A stretch of 64,000 bases of DNA from Spirochaetota bacterium (lineage in GTDB: Bacteria > Spirochaetota > UBA4802 > UBA5550), in contig JBNKTL010000023.1 of assembly GCA_050298055.1 (NCBI GenBank), positions 1-64,000 on the forward strand, written 5' to 3'. How positions within the stretch are numbered: position 1 is the stretch's first letter; the number at the start of each line of letters is the position of its first letter. Shown here one piece after another: positions 47,486 through 58,143 of this stretch. The notes under the pieces are model-generated. The model saw only the letters and a program-made list of their open reading frames with translations. It had not been told where the DNA came from and made no database searches. Position numbers and translations under genes: made by a program.

Positions 47486-47684
47486 TCCCTGTTGATATCT
47501 CCCCCTGGCTGAAAAATCGAAAAAAACCGATATTTATCGAATTGGAAAAGCAATATTCTTTGCCGTTAAATATCACCTGGAATATAAATATTCCGTCTGG
47601 ATGGATTTTTTTCTTGATTTTTTAATAAATTATAGTAATATAGATATACAAGAGTAACAAATTATTCTCTGAAAAAAGTCAGTT

Positions 47685-48842
47685 ATGGGAAAATTGTATA
47701 ATAATATAAAGCTATTAACTCTCTTTTTTCTCCTCTTTGCCCTCTTACTGGCCGGGTGCGGAGAGGGTATGGAAGAGATCATTAATTCACAGGGGACCGG
47801 CGGAGCCTCTTATAAGGAAATAACTATTGACGGGCATACCCTGGGACTCAGCAGTAATGTCTCAAATTTTCCTCTTCTTATAAATCTGAATTTAACGAAC
47901 TTTCCGGAAATTGCCACATCTACGGAGCCGGGGGGTGCGGATATTCGCTTTAGAAAACCTGATAATACACTGCTCCCTTATGAAATTGAAGCATGGTCAG
48001 ATGGCACAAGCGGCACAGTATGGGTCCTTCTGGACACTATTTCCAGCAGTTCGCAGACCACAATAAGAATGTACTACAATGATCCCGGGGCATCGAGCAT
48101 GTCAGATGCAAATTCCGTCTTCAATAACGGAAACGGGTTTCAGGGGGTCTATCACCTTGATGATGATCCCGGTGGAGGGGCCGGGTCCATAACTGACAGT
48201 ACAGGCAATGGGAACCATGGAAGTCCTGTAAACGGCCTTGACAGCAGCGATAGTGTTATCATCGGAATTATTGACGGGTCGGTCAAGTTTGATGACGGGG
48301 AAGTCGCAGGTGCGGAGTATATAGAGATACCCGCTGATGCAAGTCTGCAGTTTACCGGTGATATGACAATATCCGCATGGGTAAAGCTGGGCGCAGGGAA
48401 CAGTGGTGATTATCTGGGTATCGGCGGTAATCTTGGAAGTGTTACCGGCAATTACTTTGGGTACTGTCTCAGAAGGTATACAGACGGACATATTAATTTT
48501 ATGATTGGTAATTCAACCGCAACAGTGCAATCAGTAGAGTCGATTGCACTCCATACTGACACAAATTACAAACATGTAGCGGGAGTATTAAGAAGCGGGA
48601 CCATGTATCTCTATATAAATGGCGTTGAACAGGCAGATACACTCGGCTCAATAACCCCCGGCGCTAATCCCCTGACAAAGAATCCCACAATCGGTCGCAT
48701 GTATACCGATTTTGACCAGAGAGGCTGGCTGGGGGAGCTGGATGAGATGCGCTTTGAAAATGCGGCACGTTCAGCAGACTGGATTAAGCTCAGTTATGAG
48801 ACCCAGAAATCCGGTTCCACTGTAGTGAATATTCTTCCGTAA
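47685..48842 (+). CDS. Lipoprotein with concanavalin-A-like/LamG-type beta-sandwich domain
   Basis: Lipobox LLAGC. Composition and motifs suggest a LamG-like fold. Low certainty. Confidence 0.5.
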   Translation: MGKLYNNIKLLTLFFLLFALLLAGCGEGMEEIINSQGTGGASYKEITIDGHTLGLSSNVSNFPLLINLNLTNFPEIATSTEPGGADIRFRKPDNTLLPYEIEAWSDGTSGTVWVLLDTISSSSQTTIRMYYNDPGASSMSDANSVFNNGNGFQGVYHLDDDPGGGAGSITDSTGNGNHGSPVNGLDSSDSVIIGIIDGSVKFDDGEVAGAEYIEIPADASLQFTGDMTISAWVKLGAGNSGDYLGIGGNLGSVTGNYFGYCLRRYTDGHINFMIGNSTATVQSVESIALHTDTNYKHVAGVLRSGTMYLYINGVEQADTLGSITPGANPLTKNPTIGRMYTDFDQRGWLGELDEMRFENAARSADWIKLSYETQKSGSTVVNILP

Positions 48843-49034
48843 AGATCCGTTCAAAAGACACTTCCTGTTACAAGAACTTTTCCCCTGTTTCTCACTCAGG
48901 AGGGGGTCCTTATATTGATTTTTCTCTTCTTTATCAACTACCGGGTTGCAAGCCATAGATAAAACCCCATCTTTTATACAAATTTTTACAAATTAAATAT
49001 AAAAATAATCCGATTATAAAAAAAAGGAATAACC

Positions 49035-50579
49035 ATGAAATTGAGTTTAAAATCCATAAATGCCAAGATAATCCTTCTCTATCTTTTCCTGGCCATTCTG
49101 AATATGTCATTTTTTATTGTCATGGTCTATGAAAACCAGATCGATCTCATCATGGAAAACAGCAAGTACCATGTGAAAGAGATCACAGAGGATATGATAT
49201 TATCATTAAAGAAGCTGGCCTCTGATATGAATGACAGCAAGGTATTTCCCGTGAGAAACAGGAAAGAGGCCGTTAAGGAGATAAAAGATCTTTTTCATAC
49301 GAAGGTACTGGCAAAAGACAAGGATGCAAATTTCATTATATTTAATGAAAAAGGAGAGACCTTATACAAATCAAAACCGGAAATAACATTTTCAAAGTCT
49401 GACATGAAACACGGAATTACCGCAATAACAAACCTTGAGTATACAGGGCGTCAGATGTATTCTACGGTAAATGAGAAGACATACGTCATCTCATTTTATA
49501 TTCCCTATAAACTCGATTTTCTCGGCGATTCCATCATACTCCTCATGATAGAGATCAAGGAAATGAAGAAACGACTGGATGAACTCTATACTCTTATCAT
49601 GATTGTGGTACTCTTCATCGCCCTCTTCCATATTGCTTTTGCGGTTGTCATCAACCGGCTTTTTATTCGTCCTATCCAGTCACTCCACGGGAAAAGCCTT
49701 GAAATCAGCAACGGCAACCTCGAAGCCCGGGCAGAAGTGCAGAGGAATGATGAGATCGGTGAACTTGGCCTGGCCTTTAACAGCATGGCGGATTCGATCC
49801 AGGAAAAAATACTCACCCTGGAAGAACATAATGAAAAAATGAATTATGAACTGAAAATGGCCGGAGGGGTCCAAAAACTGATCTACCCGGAACTGGCAAG
49901 TAACGCTTCCTTTAACATTGGCTTCTATCATAAACCATTTACCGAGGTGAGCGGGGATTATTATGACATCATCGACCTTGACGATTCGAAAAGAGGTTTT
50001 CTCCTTGTGGATGTATCGGGACATGGAATGCCGGCTGCCCTGGTGACAATGATCGTAAAGGAGATATTTGAACGGGATGCCAGGAAATTTTCTGAACCTT
50101 CGGAACTTCTGAAGCTCATGAACAGCACCCTTATCAATGTCCTCTACAAGAATGAAATATTTTCGGGGATCTACTTTACGGCAGTTTATATGATCCTGGA
50201 TAAAAATAACATTCTTCATTTCTGTAACGCGGGACATCAGCAGGTAGTTGTTATTCAGCCGCAGAAAAAGCAAATTGCAAGAATAAATTCATGCGGCGCT
50301 CCTGTGGGAATATCCGAAGAGATGAACGAGATGTACAGGACAGGCAGGGTTCAATTAACAAAGGGCGACAGGATCTGCATGTTTACCGATGGGATCACTG
50401 AACCAAAAAATGAAGAGGGGGATGAGTTTGGGACAAAGAGAATAGTAGCATCCATTAAGAAGGATCTAAGGAATCCGGTAGAATCCATGGTAAATAAAAT
50501 TATCGACGACCTCATGGTTTATACCGACAATAAAAAACTGGATGATGACGCAACATTGATAATGGTTGAAATTAAATAA
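49035..50579 (+). CDS. Membrane sensor with HAMP and PP2C (SpoIIE-type) phosphatase domains
   Basis: EVSGDYYDIIDL...LVDVSGHGMPAALVTMI...DGITE PP2C motifs. TM1, sensor region, TM2, HAMP. Confidence 0.85.
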   Translation: MKLSLKSINAKIILLYLFLAILNMSFFIVMVYENQIDLIMENSKYHVKEITEDMILSLKKLASDMNDSKVFPVRNRKEAVKEIKDLFHTKVLAKDKDANFIIFNEKGETLYKSKPEITFSKSDMKHGITAITNLEYTGRQMYSTVNEKTYVISFYIPYKLDFLGDSIILLMIEIKEMKKRLDELYTLIMIVVLFIALFHIAFAVVINRLFIRPIQSLHGKSLEISNGNLEARAEVQRNDEIGELGLAFNSMADSIQEKILTLEEHNEKMNYELKMAGGVQKLIYPELASNASFNIGFYHKPFTEVSGDYYDIIDLDDSKRGFLLVDVSGHGMPAALVTMIVKEIFERDARKFSEPSELLKLMNSTLINVLYKNEIFSGIYFTAVYMILDKNNILHFCNAGHQQVVVIQPQKKQIARINSCGAPVGISEEMNEMYRTGRVQLTKGDRICMFTDGITEPKNEEGDEFGTKRIVASIKKDLRNPVESMVNKIIDDLMVYTDNKKLDDDATLIMVEIK

Positions 50580-50584
50580 CTTCA

Positions 50585-51982
50585 ATGAGAATTAAGCTCT
50601 ACAAAACAGAACTTTCCCTTCTTATGATCACGGTATTCGCAATTGGATTGATGTTTCAATTGAATGATATTATCCGGCATATTCGGATAAAGGAATTGCG
50701 CCTTCTCATTTTAAAAAACACAAACAAAGACAACAACCTTGATCATATCGGACTTGTGGCAAAATACAGAATTCAAAAGAAGAAATATGAGAAACTGATA
50801 GACCAGGAGAAAGCGGATAGGGAAGAGATGAGAATCGCTTCAATACTTAATAACAGGTTATTCGCAAGAAGGGTCCCCATAGACAGATATAAATATATAT
50901 CAAAACCGGCACTGATTCTCCTTAACCTCTTTCGGTACATGATCGGGAAAAGTCCCATCGTTGATCCCGAAGATGACAGGGCAAGTGTCCTTCTGGAAAT
51001 GGCCTATTATAATGAACGCAACAGTTTTTTTTCCCGGGCCCTGGAGATTTATAATAAGGCCCTTAATGAAGAAAAATTCGATAGAAATAGAATTGCCGCC
51101 ATATCTCTTCACCGGGGATACTGCCATGCAATTAAAAGTGAATATCCTGAAGCCCGGAAAGAACTTCACAATGTCATCGATAATTACGGCAACATGCCTG
51201 TGTCTAATACTGCCCTTGTTCTTTTAAGATACATTAATGGTTTTAAATCCGAGATCGACAGAGTGACGAGATCGGAAAAAGATTCCCTGAGTAAAATTGA
51301 AAAACTCTACTACCTCAACGCACCACAGGATGCGATGAAGATCATCAAAAAGATCGGAAAAAGATTCTCCGGAAAGGAAAGGGCGAAGATGCTCTACATC
51401 AAGGCCCGCTGTTTTGAAGACCTGTCAATGAAGGGAAAAGCCATCACTACCTACCAGAAAATACTTACCGAGGGAGATGATCTTACCTATGCCCGATCAG
51501 CCAACAGGCGAATTTATATTGCCGGAGTACTCGCCAACAACCGTAATGGAGATAAAGTCAAGAAACAGGCCATAAAAAATAATACCAGCCTGAATGACAC
51601 ATCATTCAAGAGGATGCTTCAGGAAGAAAGAAAACTGCAAAAAGATGAGAGCAAAAGCAGCTGGCTGCAGGAGCAGATTTCCCTGTCACAAACTCAAGAC
51701 CCTGTTCTCAAGTCCGAGAATATAGACTCATTAAAAAACATGAAAGCGGGCATCACCACGGAAAAACCTGTTCGGGCAAAAAGGAGACAAAAATCTTTAA
51801 GGAAAAGAGCTGTCAGTAAAGAAAAAGCAAAAGAGACAAAAGTCAGAATAACAACCAGGGAGGGAAACATTTTTATCGGTATTATAAAAAAAGAAACCGC
51901 CAATTCTCTTGTTATTCATTCTATTCTGGGCGAATTAGAAATCCCGAAAAAGAAGATTTCCAGAAAAACCATTATAAAATAA
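50585..51982 (+). CDS. Hypothetical membrane-anchored protein with helical-repeat (TPR-like) middle and small C-terminal beta domain
   Basis: N-terminal TM. K-rich. C-terminal VRITTREGNIFIGIIKKETANSLVIHSILGELEIPKKKI. Confidence 0.45.
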   Translation: MRIKLYKTELSLLMITVFAIGLMFQLNDIIRHIRIKELRLLILKNTNKDNNLDHIGLVAKYRIQKKKYEKLIDQEKADREEMRIASILNNRLFARRVPIDRYKYISKPALILLNLFRYMIGKSPIVDPEDDRASVLLEMAYYNERNSFFSRALEIYNKALNEEKFDRNRIAAISLHRGYCHAIKSEYPEARKELHNVIDNYGNMPVSNTALVLLRYINGFKSEIDRVTRSEKDSLSKIEKLYYLNAPQDAMKIIKKIGKRFSGKERAKMLYIKARCFEDLSMKGKAITTYQKILTEGDDLTYARSANRRIYIAGVLANNRNGDKVKKQAIKNNTSLNDTSFKRMLQEERKLQKDESKSSWLQEQISLSQTQDPVLKSENIDSLKNMKAGITTEKPVRAKRRQKSLRKRAVSKEKAKETKVRITTREGNIFIGIIKKETANSLVIHSILGELEIPKKKISRKTIIK

Positions 51983-51990
51983 GGGACTGG

Positions 51991-52836
51991 CTACCAGGCA
52001 TTGTAGATGATTCCGATTGCTCCTCCTACGGTATGAAAAAAAACATCATTATCATAAATATAAATATACCTCCCGTGAATAAAGAGTGAGATCCTTCCAT
52101 AAAATGTTTTTTTGTATCCTCCCAGTGCTTGGGCGGTAAAAGTGTTGCTGCTTACAGCAATGCCGGTCTCTTCATTCTCAATATTTAGGAACGCTTCTCC
52201 CGGCAAGAGGCCAAAAACCAGCGATCCTCCAAGCATTTTCAGCATGGAGAAAGTCCATACGAATCCCCCGCTGGCATTAAACCCTGACATTCTATAGGAC
52301 CCTCTTTGAAAGTTCAGATACCCCCCCTCTATCCTCACTTCCGGTATCAGGGGGTTCCGCTTTTTAATGAACATGCCCAATTCCTGGTCAAGCCACAAAT
52401 GGGTGGAATAACCATAGGGTATTTTATTCGCTATATCTCCCATAAGATAAAAGTAGGTCCCTGAAAAACCGATCTGTCCGGCAGTCCAGTGACGAGCATT
52501 CTCATTTAAATCTGATTTGACATTCAGTTGATTGATGTTCTCATTTGTGGCTGTTCCGGTAAGCAGCTGATCAGTATTCATTTTTTTTGGTATTCTGACT
52601 ATGGAAACTATATCAGATCTCTTTATTTTAAAGGTTCCATAGGAGTTATCTAAAGTCACTCCGTTTTTGTCTTCATTAACGATTTCACCCATCACTTTCG
52701 TTCCTTCAACGAGATTTACAATGTCACCATGAAGCGGATGGGGAAGAAGAACACCTGCTATCAACAGTAGAAGGAGAGAAAATAATATAATGGGTTTTAA
52801 CATGTTTTTTGTTCTCTCACACATCCTATTCCCCAT
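51991..52836 (-). CDS. Hypothetical secreted/outer-membrane beta-barrel-like protein
   Basis: Signal peptide (MLKPIILFSLLLLLIAGVLL). Ends ...IGIIYNAW with a terminal aromatic residue. An N-terminal small domain resembles the C-terminus of the convergent neighbour. Confidence 0.5.
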   Translation of the reverse strand: MGNRMCERTKNMLKPIILFSLLLLLIAGVLLPHPLHGDIVNLVEGTKVMGEIVNEDKNGVTLDNSYGTFKIKRSDIVSIVRIPKKMNTDQLLTGTATNENINQLNVKSDLNENARHWTAGQIGFSGTYFYLMGDIANKIPYGYSTHLWLDQELGMFIKKRNPLIPEVRIEGGYLNFQRGSYRMSGFNASGGFVWTFSMLKMLGGSLVFGLLPGEAFLNIENEETGIAVSSNTFTAQALGGYKKTFYGRISLFIHGRYIYIYDNDVFFHTVGGAIGIIYNAW

Positions 52837-53280
52837 TCATTTTCCTTATTCCTGAAAATTCAAAGGCACCTGTGCGAGTTCAATGAGAACCTTCCTGAAT
52901 AGAGATGGCTGGACCTCAGATAGGGATAACTGTCATTTATAAAATGAAAGAACTCTCTCTGTTAAGCTTGCTCTCTTACTCATTTTAATTATTCTCTCTT
53001 GCACAATGGGAATTATTTCAAACAGGGTTATCACATACAATATAATATAATGCAAAGGATAGTCAAGATAATTATCCCATCTGGACGGATTTAATATAAA
53101 GAAATATATCTGTTTCATTCTTGACAAAAATTGATTTAAATAGACAATTTGTTTTTAAATTTATCTAATCTATATAATAAATATACATTATTAATTTTTA
53201 TGTTTAATTCCTTGAATAATCCTAACCTGAGGCAACAAAATATAATTGAAGGAAATGAAGCTTTTTCTGAGGTAAAATAG

Positions 53281-53661
53281 ATGTTATTTTCAGTTGAATT
53301 CATGGTTTCTCCGAATTTTTCTGATGATAAGTTTAACACCGAAGAACTAATATTGAAGATTTACCTTTCAGGAAAATTGAATATATATAATTCTTCAGAG
53401 TTATTCATATTCATTAAGATCATGGAAGAAGGAGGTCTTAATAAGGTCCTGCTGAACCTGAGGGACCTTGAAGAGATTGATAGTACAGGCATTGGGATTT
53501 TAATTAAAATCATTAACTTTTTGAAAATAAATAATAAGAAAATAGTCATGACTGATGTTCCCAGTAAAATCTTAAAAGTGTTGAAAATAGTAAAAGTTGA
53601 AAAACTTGTAAAAATATTCAACACTGATGACGATTCCCTGGCTTTTTTACAAGCGGAATAA
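53281..53661 (+). CDS. STAS-domain anti-sigma-factor antagonist-like protein (orphan), low-GC
   Basis: LRDLEEIDSTGIGILIKI...KIVMTDVPSKILKVLKIV. Very AT-rich gene. Confidence 0.65.
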   Translation: MLFSVEFMVSPNFSDDKFNTEELILKIYLSGKLNIYNSSELFIFIKIMEEGGLNKVLLNLRDLEEIDSTGIGILIKIINFLKINNKKIVMTDVPSKILKVLKIVKVEKLVKIFNTDDDSLAFLQAE

Positions 53662-53775
53662 ATAATACTCTTCAGGCATATATTTTTTAAGACAAGGTAA
53701 AACCTCTATTAATAATTATAATATTTCTTTTAAGTTGAATATATAAGATCCTGTAACCTGGCGGTTTTATGTTAA

Positions 53776-54390
53776 ATGAATGAGAATAATGAGAAACAAC
53801 TGAAAAAAAAGAAAAAAATTCAGGAAAAAAAGAAATATCATATTGAATCCCTGAAGAGATGCCTTGCCCGGGACGTTTATTCAAGAATTACAGTCCAGGA
53901 TGTGGCTGATGAATCAAAGGTGTCCAAGGGGGGCCTTCTCTACTATTTTCCCACAAAAGAGGAAATGTACCTTGAACTGATGAAAGACCTCTTTGAAGAA
54001 ATTGAGAAAGACCATGCTGACTTTCTTATAGAAGAAATTGACTCAGGGATTATAGCAAATATCTCGGCGCTCTATGGGATTGAAAAATTCGTCCAGAATC
54101 ATGATAATATAAAAATTCTTATAAATATCGTCTTATACGCCTACGAAGAAGAAAAAATTATGGTCCCTCTCAGACAGTTTATCAGGAAACATTTAAACCT
54201 GTACATTAATATAATCAAAGAAGCAAGATCGGATACTCCCGCTCGAAGAAAGACAGATTTTCAACCCCAGTTTATAGGCAGGATCGCCCAGACACTGATA
54301 TTGAGCATTGGTCTGCTGGAATCCATTGATCCCGTTGAACTGGATACAAGGGAATTGATCGAATATATACGGTCCCTCTTTAAAGGATAG
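53776..54390 (+). CDS. TetR-family transcriptional regulator
   Basis: N-terminal HTH (ITVQDVADESKVSKGGLLYYFPTKEEM). Confidence 0.8.
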   Translation: MNENNEKQLKKKKKIQEKKKYHIESLKRCLARDVYSRITVQDVADESKVSKGGLLYYFPTKEEMYLELMKDLFEEIEKDHADFLIEEIDSGIIANISALYGIEKFVQNHDNIKILINIVLYAYEEEKIMVPLRQFIRKHLNLYINIIKEARSDTPARRKTDFQPQFIGRIAQTLILSIGLLESIDPVELDTRELIEYIRSLFKG

Positions 54391-54484
54391 GGGCTTTTCA
54401 TTATTAACTAATCATGATTGGTTAACTGCTGGAATATCCAATTATTAAGGAATCTTATTGGTGCAAAATCACGCGGGCTCAGCA

Positions 54485-56446
54485 CTAGTTGTCCAACCGC
54501 CCAGTCTCCTCTGCATCGTTAAAAGTCTTAAAGCTCTCTACCAGTGTGTTGAGGTCTTCCGCCCTGCCCGACAGTTCTTCGGAGGACGCAGAAATTTCTT
54601 CCGCTCCTGTTGCGGTTTCAGTAGTAAAGTCCATTATCTGCTGCATTGCCCTTTTCATGGATTCACTGTTTGATTGCTGAAAGTTAGCAACATCAATAAT
54701 GCTTCTGGCTTTTTCTTCCAGATCTTTCATAACTTCTTTAATTGTATTATGGTTACGTGCCTGGTTGTCGGTATGACCCGATATTTCCTCAATGAGCCGG
54801 GAATTATCGGTAACATTATGCATTATTGTGGATATGGTCGACCTGATATTATCAACCATCTGGCTTCCCTCGGAAACATTTTTTTCAATTTCAACCGATA
54901 AAGAATGGATCTCTTTTACCTGAAGCGTAGTATTGTCCGCAAGCTTTCCCACTTCTTCCGCCACAACAGCAAATCCTTTTCCGGAATCTCCTGCCCGCGC
55001 CGCTTCTATACTCGCATTGAGTGAAAGAAGATTTATCTGCTCAGATATGTCATTAATCATTTTGACGATATGTGTGATTTTTTTAGATGATTCAACAATC
55101 CGGTGCATTGTCTGCGTAGCGGAGATAACAAGATTTTCCCCTTCTTTGGATATGTTAATTGAATCATCACTCTGTGATTTAACGGTCTTCATATTCTCGG
55201 CAATCTTTTTTGACATGTCTTCAAGGCTGGTTACCGACTCAACAGTATGACCTATTGAATCTACCTGATCACTGATATATTCCGTGGTCTCTTTGATGGA
55301 ATCCAGTACCAGGTTCAGCTCCACTGAAATCTCCTGCACTGAAGATGCCTGTTCGGTACTGGAGGAACTCAAGCTTACCGATGTTGAAGTCAGTTCTTCA
55401 CTTGAAGTGGCAAGTGTTGTCGCCGCCTGCTTGACAAAATTTAATGTTTCCCGCGATTTATCGATCATTTTATTTAAATTATCAGCAATTATTCCAATTT
55501 CATCATCAGAGAAAAATTCAACCTTCTGAGAAAAGTCTCCCTGCCCTACACTGGCCAGAATTTCCGTAATGACCGTTATAGGTTTCAGACTTCTATTGAT
55601 CAGGATATGTATTATTAAAGAAACACAGCCTGCGCCTGCCAGAATTGCAGCAATAATGATTATTATGAGAGCCCATGTTCTTTTTTGAATATCTTTGATA
55701 TTATACGCGGTTACCACGCCTCCCCAGAAACGGCCTTTTAATTTTATGGGCGCATAGACTATAATCATCACAGCACCCGTATCACGATGATATTCTGAAA
55801 CTTCCACCCTATCCGGCTTAAAGGCTTTACCAAGATAGTCCCATATCCGGTTTGTTCGTGACCGGGTAATATCCTTTTTCATATCACCGGCAATTTTCAG
55901 GCTGTTTTTTGAATGATGAAAAGGAACAAGACCGTTTTTATCCATCGGCACGGAAAAGGCAATTCCCTCTATCCTGAGAAAACTGTCGATAGTGTTTCTT
56001 ATCTTTTTCCCCAGGGACGTATCAACACTATACTCAGTCATGAATCTTTTATAATTATCAACATTTCCGTCCGGCTTTTTTTCAGTTCGGTTGAAGATCT
56101 TTTCAAGGTACTTTTTATCAAATTTTCTTCTGTCTTTCTCATCGGACCACAATTGAAGACATTCATCAATACTCAACTGGTGATACTTAAAGTTAAGAAA
56201 TTCATCAAGAGAATGGTTGCCGGTTTCAATTTCTTTCTCGAAAACAGCCTGGACCTGCCCCGCGGTAATAATCCCGAGGTTCTTTGTTCTCTCAATATAA
56301 TCTATAAGAAGATATTTTTTTATGGCAAAAGATGAGATAACGATCACTACACATACACTAAAAGTTATAAAAATAAATAATCGTATATTTACTTTTCCTG
56401 AAACAGTCTTTTTGGAAATTCTCTTTTTGTTAAAGATCCCGGACAT
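54485..56446 (-). CDS. Methyl-accepting chemotaxis protein with periplasmic Cache-like sensor, HAMP, and MCP signalling domain
   Basis: LLSLNASIEAARAGDSGKGFAVVAEEVGKLA. Two TM helices bracket a ~230-aa periplasmic domain. Confidence 0.85.
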   Translation of the reverse strand: MSGIFNKKRISKKTVSGKVNIRLFIFITFSVCVVIVISSFAIKKYLLIDYIERTKNLGIITAGQVQAVFEKEIETGNHSLDEFLNFKYHQLSIDECLQLWSDEKDRRKFDKKYLEKIFNRTEKKPDGNVDNYKRFMTEYSVDTSLGKKIRNTIDSFLRIEGIAFSVPMDKNGLVPFHHSKNSLKIAGDMKKDITRSRTNRIWDYLGKAFKPDRVEVSEYHRDTGAVMIIVYAPIKLKGRFWGGVVTAYNIKDIQKRTWALIIIIIAAILAGAGCVSLIIHILINRSLKPITVITEILASVGQGDFSQKVEFFSDDEIGIIADNLNKMIDKSRETLNFVKQAATTLATSSEELTSTSVSLSSSSTEQASSVQEISVELNLVLDSIKETTEYISDQVDSIGHTVESVTSLEDMSKKIAENMKTVKSQSDDSINISKEGENLVISATQTMHRIVESSKKITHIVKMINDISEQINLLSLNASIEAARAGDSGKGFAVVAEEVGKLADNTTLQVKEIHSLSVEIEKNVSEGSQMVDNIRSTISTIMHNVTDNSRLIEEISGHTDNQARNHNTIKEVMKDLEEKARSIIDVANFQQSNSESMKRAMQQIMDFTTETATGAEEISASSEELSGRAEDLNTLVESFKTFNDAEETGRLDN

Positions 56447-57019
56447 TGGTTACTCCACTTATTGAAATAATATTGCAGGCACATCTTAAAAATTTAATTT
56501 TCTTTCTCTGTACTTAACATCTTATTAAAGAATTTCTCGAAATGAAGATGTCGTGATATTAAGATGACCGGCAGGAAAAACTATTCAATTTTTTATTTTT
56601 TACATCTGTTTTACTATCCATGAAAACTTATCTGGAATTTATAATAAAAGCGAGTTTTTTAGAGAAAAAATATGCTTAAAAACTGCAACAAAAAGAAAGA
56701 GGCTGTTTTAAGCATAGAAAAACCACAACAACTCCCCCGCAAAGAAACTTTTGGCAGTATGTATTATGAGTTAATAATCCCTTTGGAAAGACATAAAATA
56801 TTGACTTCACACATACTTTCGTTTTTAAATATACAAAAATTTTTAAAATAGTCAAGTTTTTTTGACGCTCTACAGTTACAATTGATTTTCTGTTGACAGG
56901 AAGCTCTCCACATGCAACCGATAATTATATTTTCTGAAGTTATAACGACTCATCTATGCATAAGAAAAATCATATTTATTTACAGAGTTATCAGAAATCT
57001 TATAAAACATGAGACATCA

Positions 57020-57940
57020 ATGAAAAGAAAGCTCCTCATTGACAGAAACAAAATAAATAATGAAGACAATGAAAATGATGATCTTTTCATGAATGAGAAT
57101 ACCCGGGACAAAGACCTCCTTTCAATCGGTGATCTTGCGAAGTACTGCAGGGTAAGCACAAAGACCCTCCGCCACTATGACAAAAAGGGAATTTTAAAAC
57201 CGGCATATACCGACCCCCAAACAGGTTACCGATACTATAATGAAGAACAGCTCTTCTGGCTTGTTATGATAAAGAGGCTGAAACAGAGGAACTTCAGCCT
57301 TGAAGAGGCAAAGGAATACCTGGAAACCGGAGACATCGGGAGAATCAGGAAAATATTTGAAAAGAAAGATGATGAGATCGATAAAGAAATAAAAAAACTT
57401 CAGCAGATCAAAAAGATGATCAACCTGAAAAAAAATTTCTTTGAAGAATTTCTCAATGCGAGTAACAGGCCTGCGTCCCAACCGGAAATCATCATTAAAG
57501 ATCTCCCTCCGCGTAAAGTTCTTTCCACAAAAAAGAACGGCTTTTTTAACATCAAGACACTTGCCGAAAGCCTGAGCAGGCTCCATCTTCTCCAGGAAAA
57601 ACATGGCATAAAATCCGAGGGCCTTTGGATGACCCTGTTTCATGGTAATTATGAAAAGAGTATCGGCGAAAAGATCGAATTTGAAATATCCATTTCAGTT
57701 GAGTCTGAAGAAAAGGAACGGAAACTTATCAAGATAATCCCCCCGGGAAGGTATGCAACAATCCGCCACACAGGCAGCCGCAGGAGCTCAATTGAGTATT
57801 ACAAAATTTTACTCGATTATTTAAAAGAGAAAAATCTTACGCCTCAGGGGCCCCTCATCAAGATCTACCTCATAAGCTATGCCCATTCAAAATCCTCGGA
57901 ACAGATCACTTCTGAACTTCAGGTAATGATAAAAGAATAA
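57020..57940 (+). CDS. MerR-family regulator with C-terminal GyrI-like effector-binding domain (BmrR-type)
   Basis: HTH IGDLAKYCRVSTKTLRHYDKKGIL, coiled-coil linker, ~150-aa C-terminal domain. Start ambiguous (ATG 57020 or 57089). Confidence 0.7.
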   Translation: MKRKLLIDRNKINNEDNENDDLFMNENTRDKDLLSIGDLAKYCRVSTKTLRHYDKKGILKPAYTDPQTGYRYYNEEQLFWLVMIKRLKQRNFSLEEAKEYLETGDIGRIRKIFEKKDDEIDKEIKKLQQIKKMINLKKNFFEEFLNASNRPASQPEIIIKDLPPRKVLSTKKNGFFNIKTLAESLSRLHLLQEKHGIKSEGLWMTLFHGNYEKSIGEKIEFEISISVESEEKERKLIKIIPPGRYATIRHTGSRRSSIEYYKILLDYLKEKNLTPQGPLIKIYLISYAHSKSSEQITSELQVMIKE

Positions 57941-58143
57941 GTACTTTTTTTTGCCCCCCAGCCCCCTGAGGGGGTGTAAGATTTTATATCACAACTTCTC
58001 TTATGCCCCCTTTGGGGGTTAGGGGGTCTCCTGGGAAGATTTTTTTCAGGAAAAAATACTCATCCAACCATTGACTTTGCCCCTGGGGCAAGGATTACCT
58101 TTTATCGTAGAGCAGCAGAATAATAATTAAGGGAGGCTGAACT

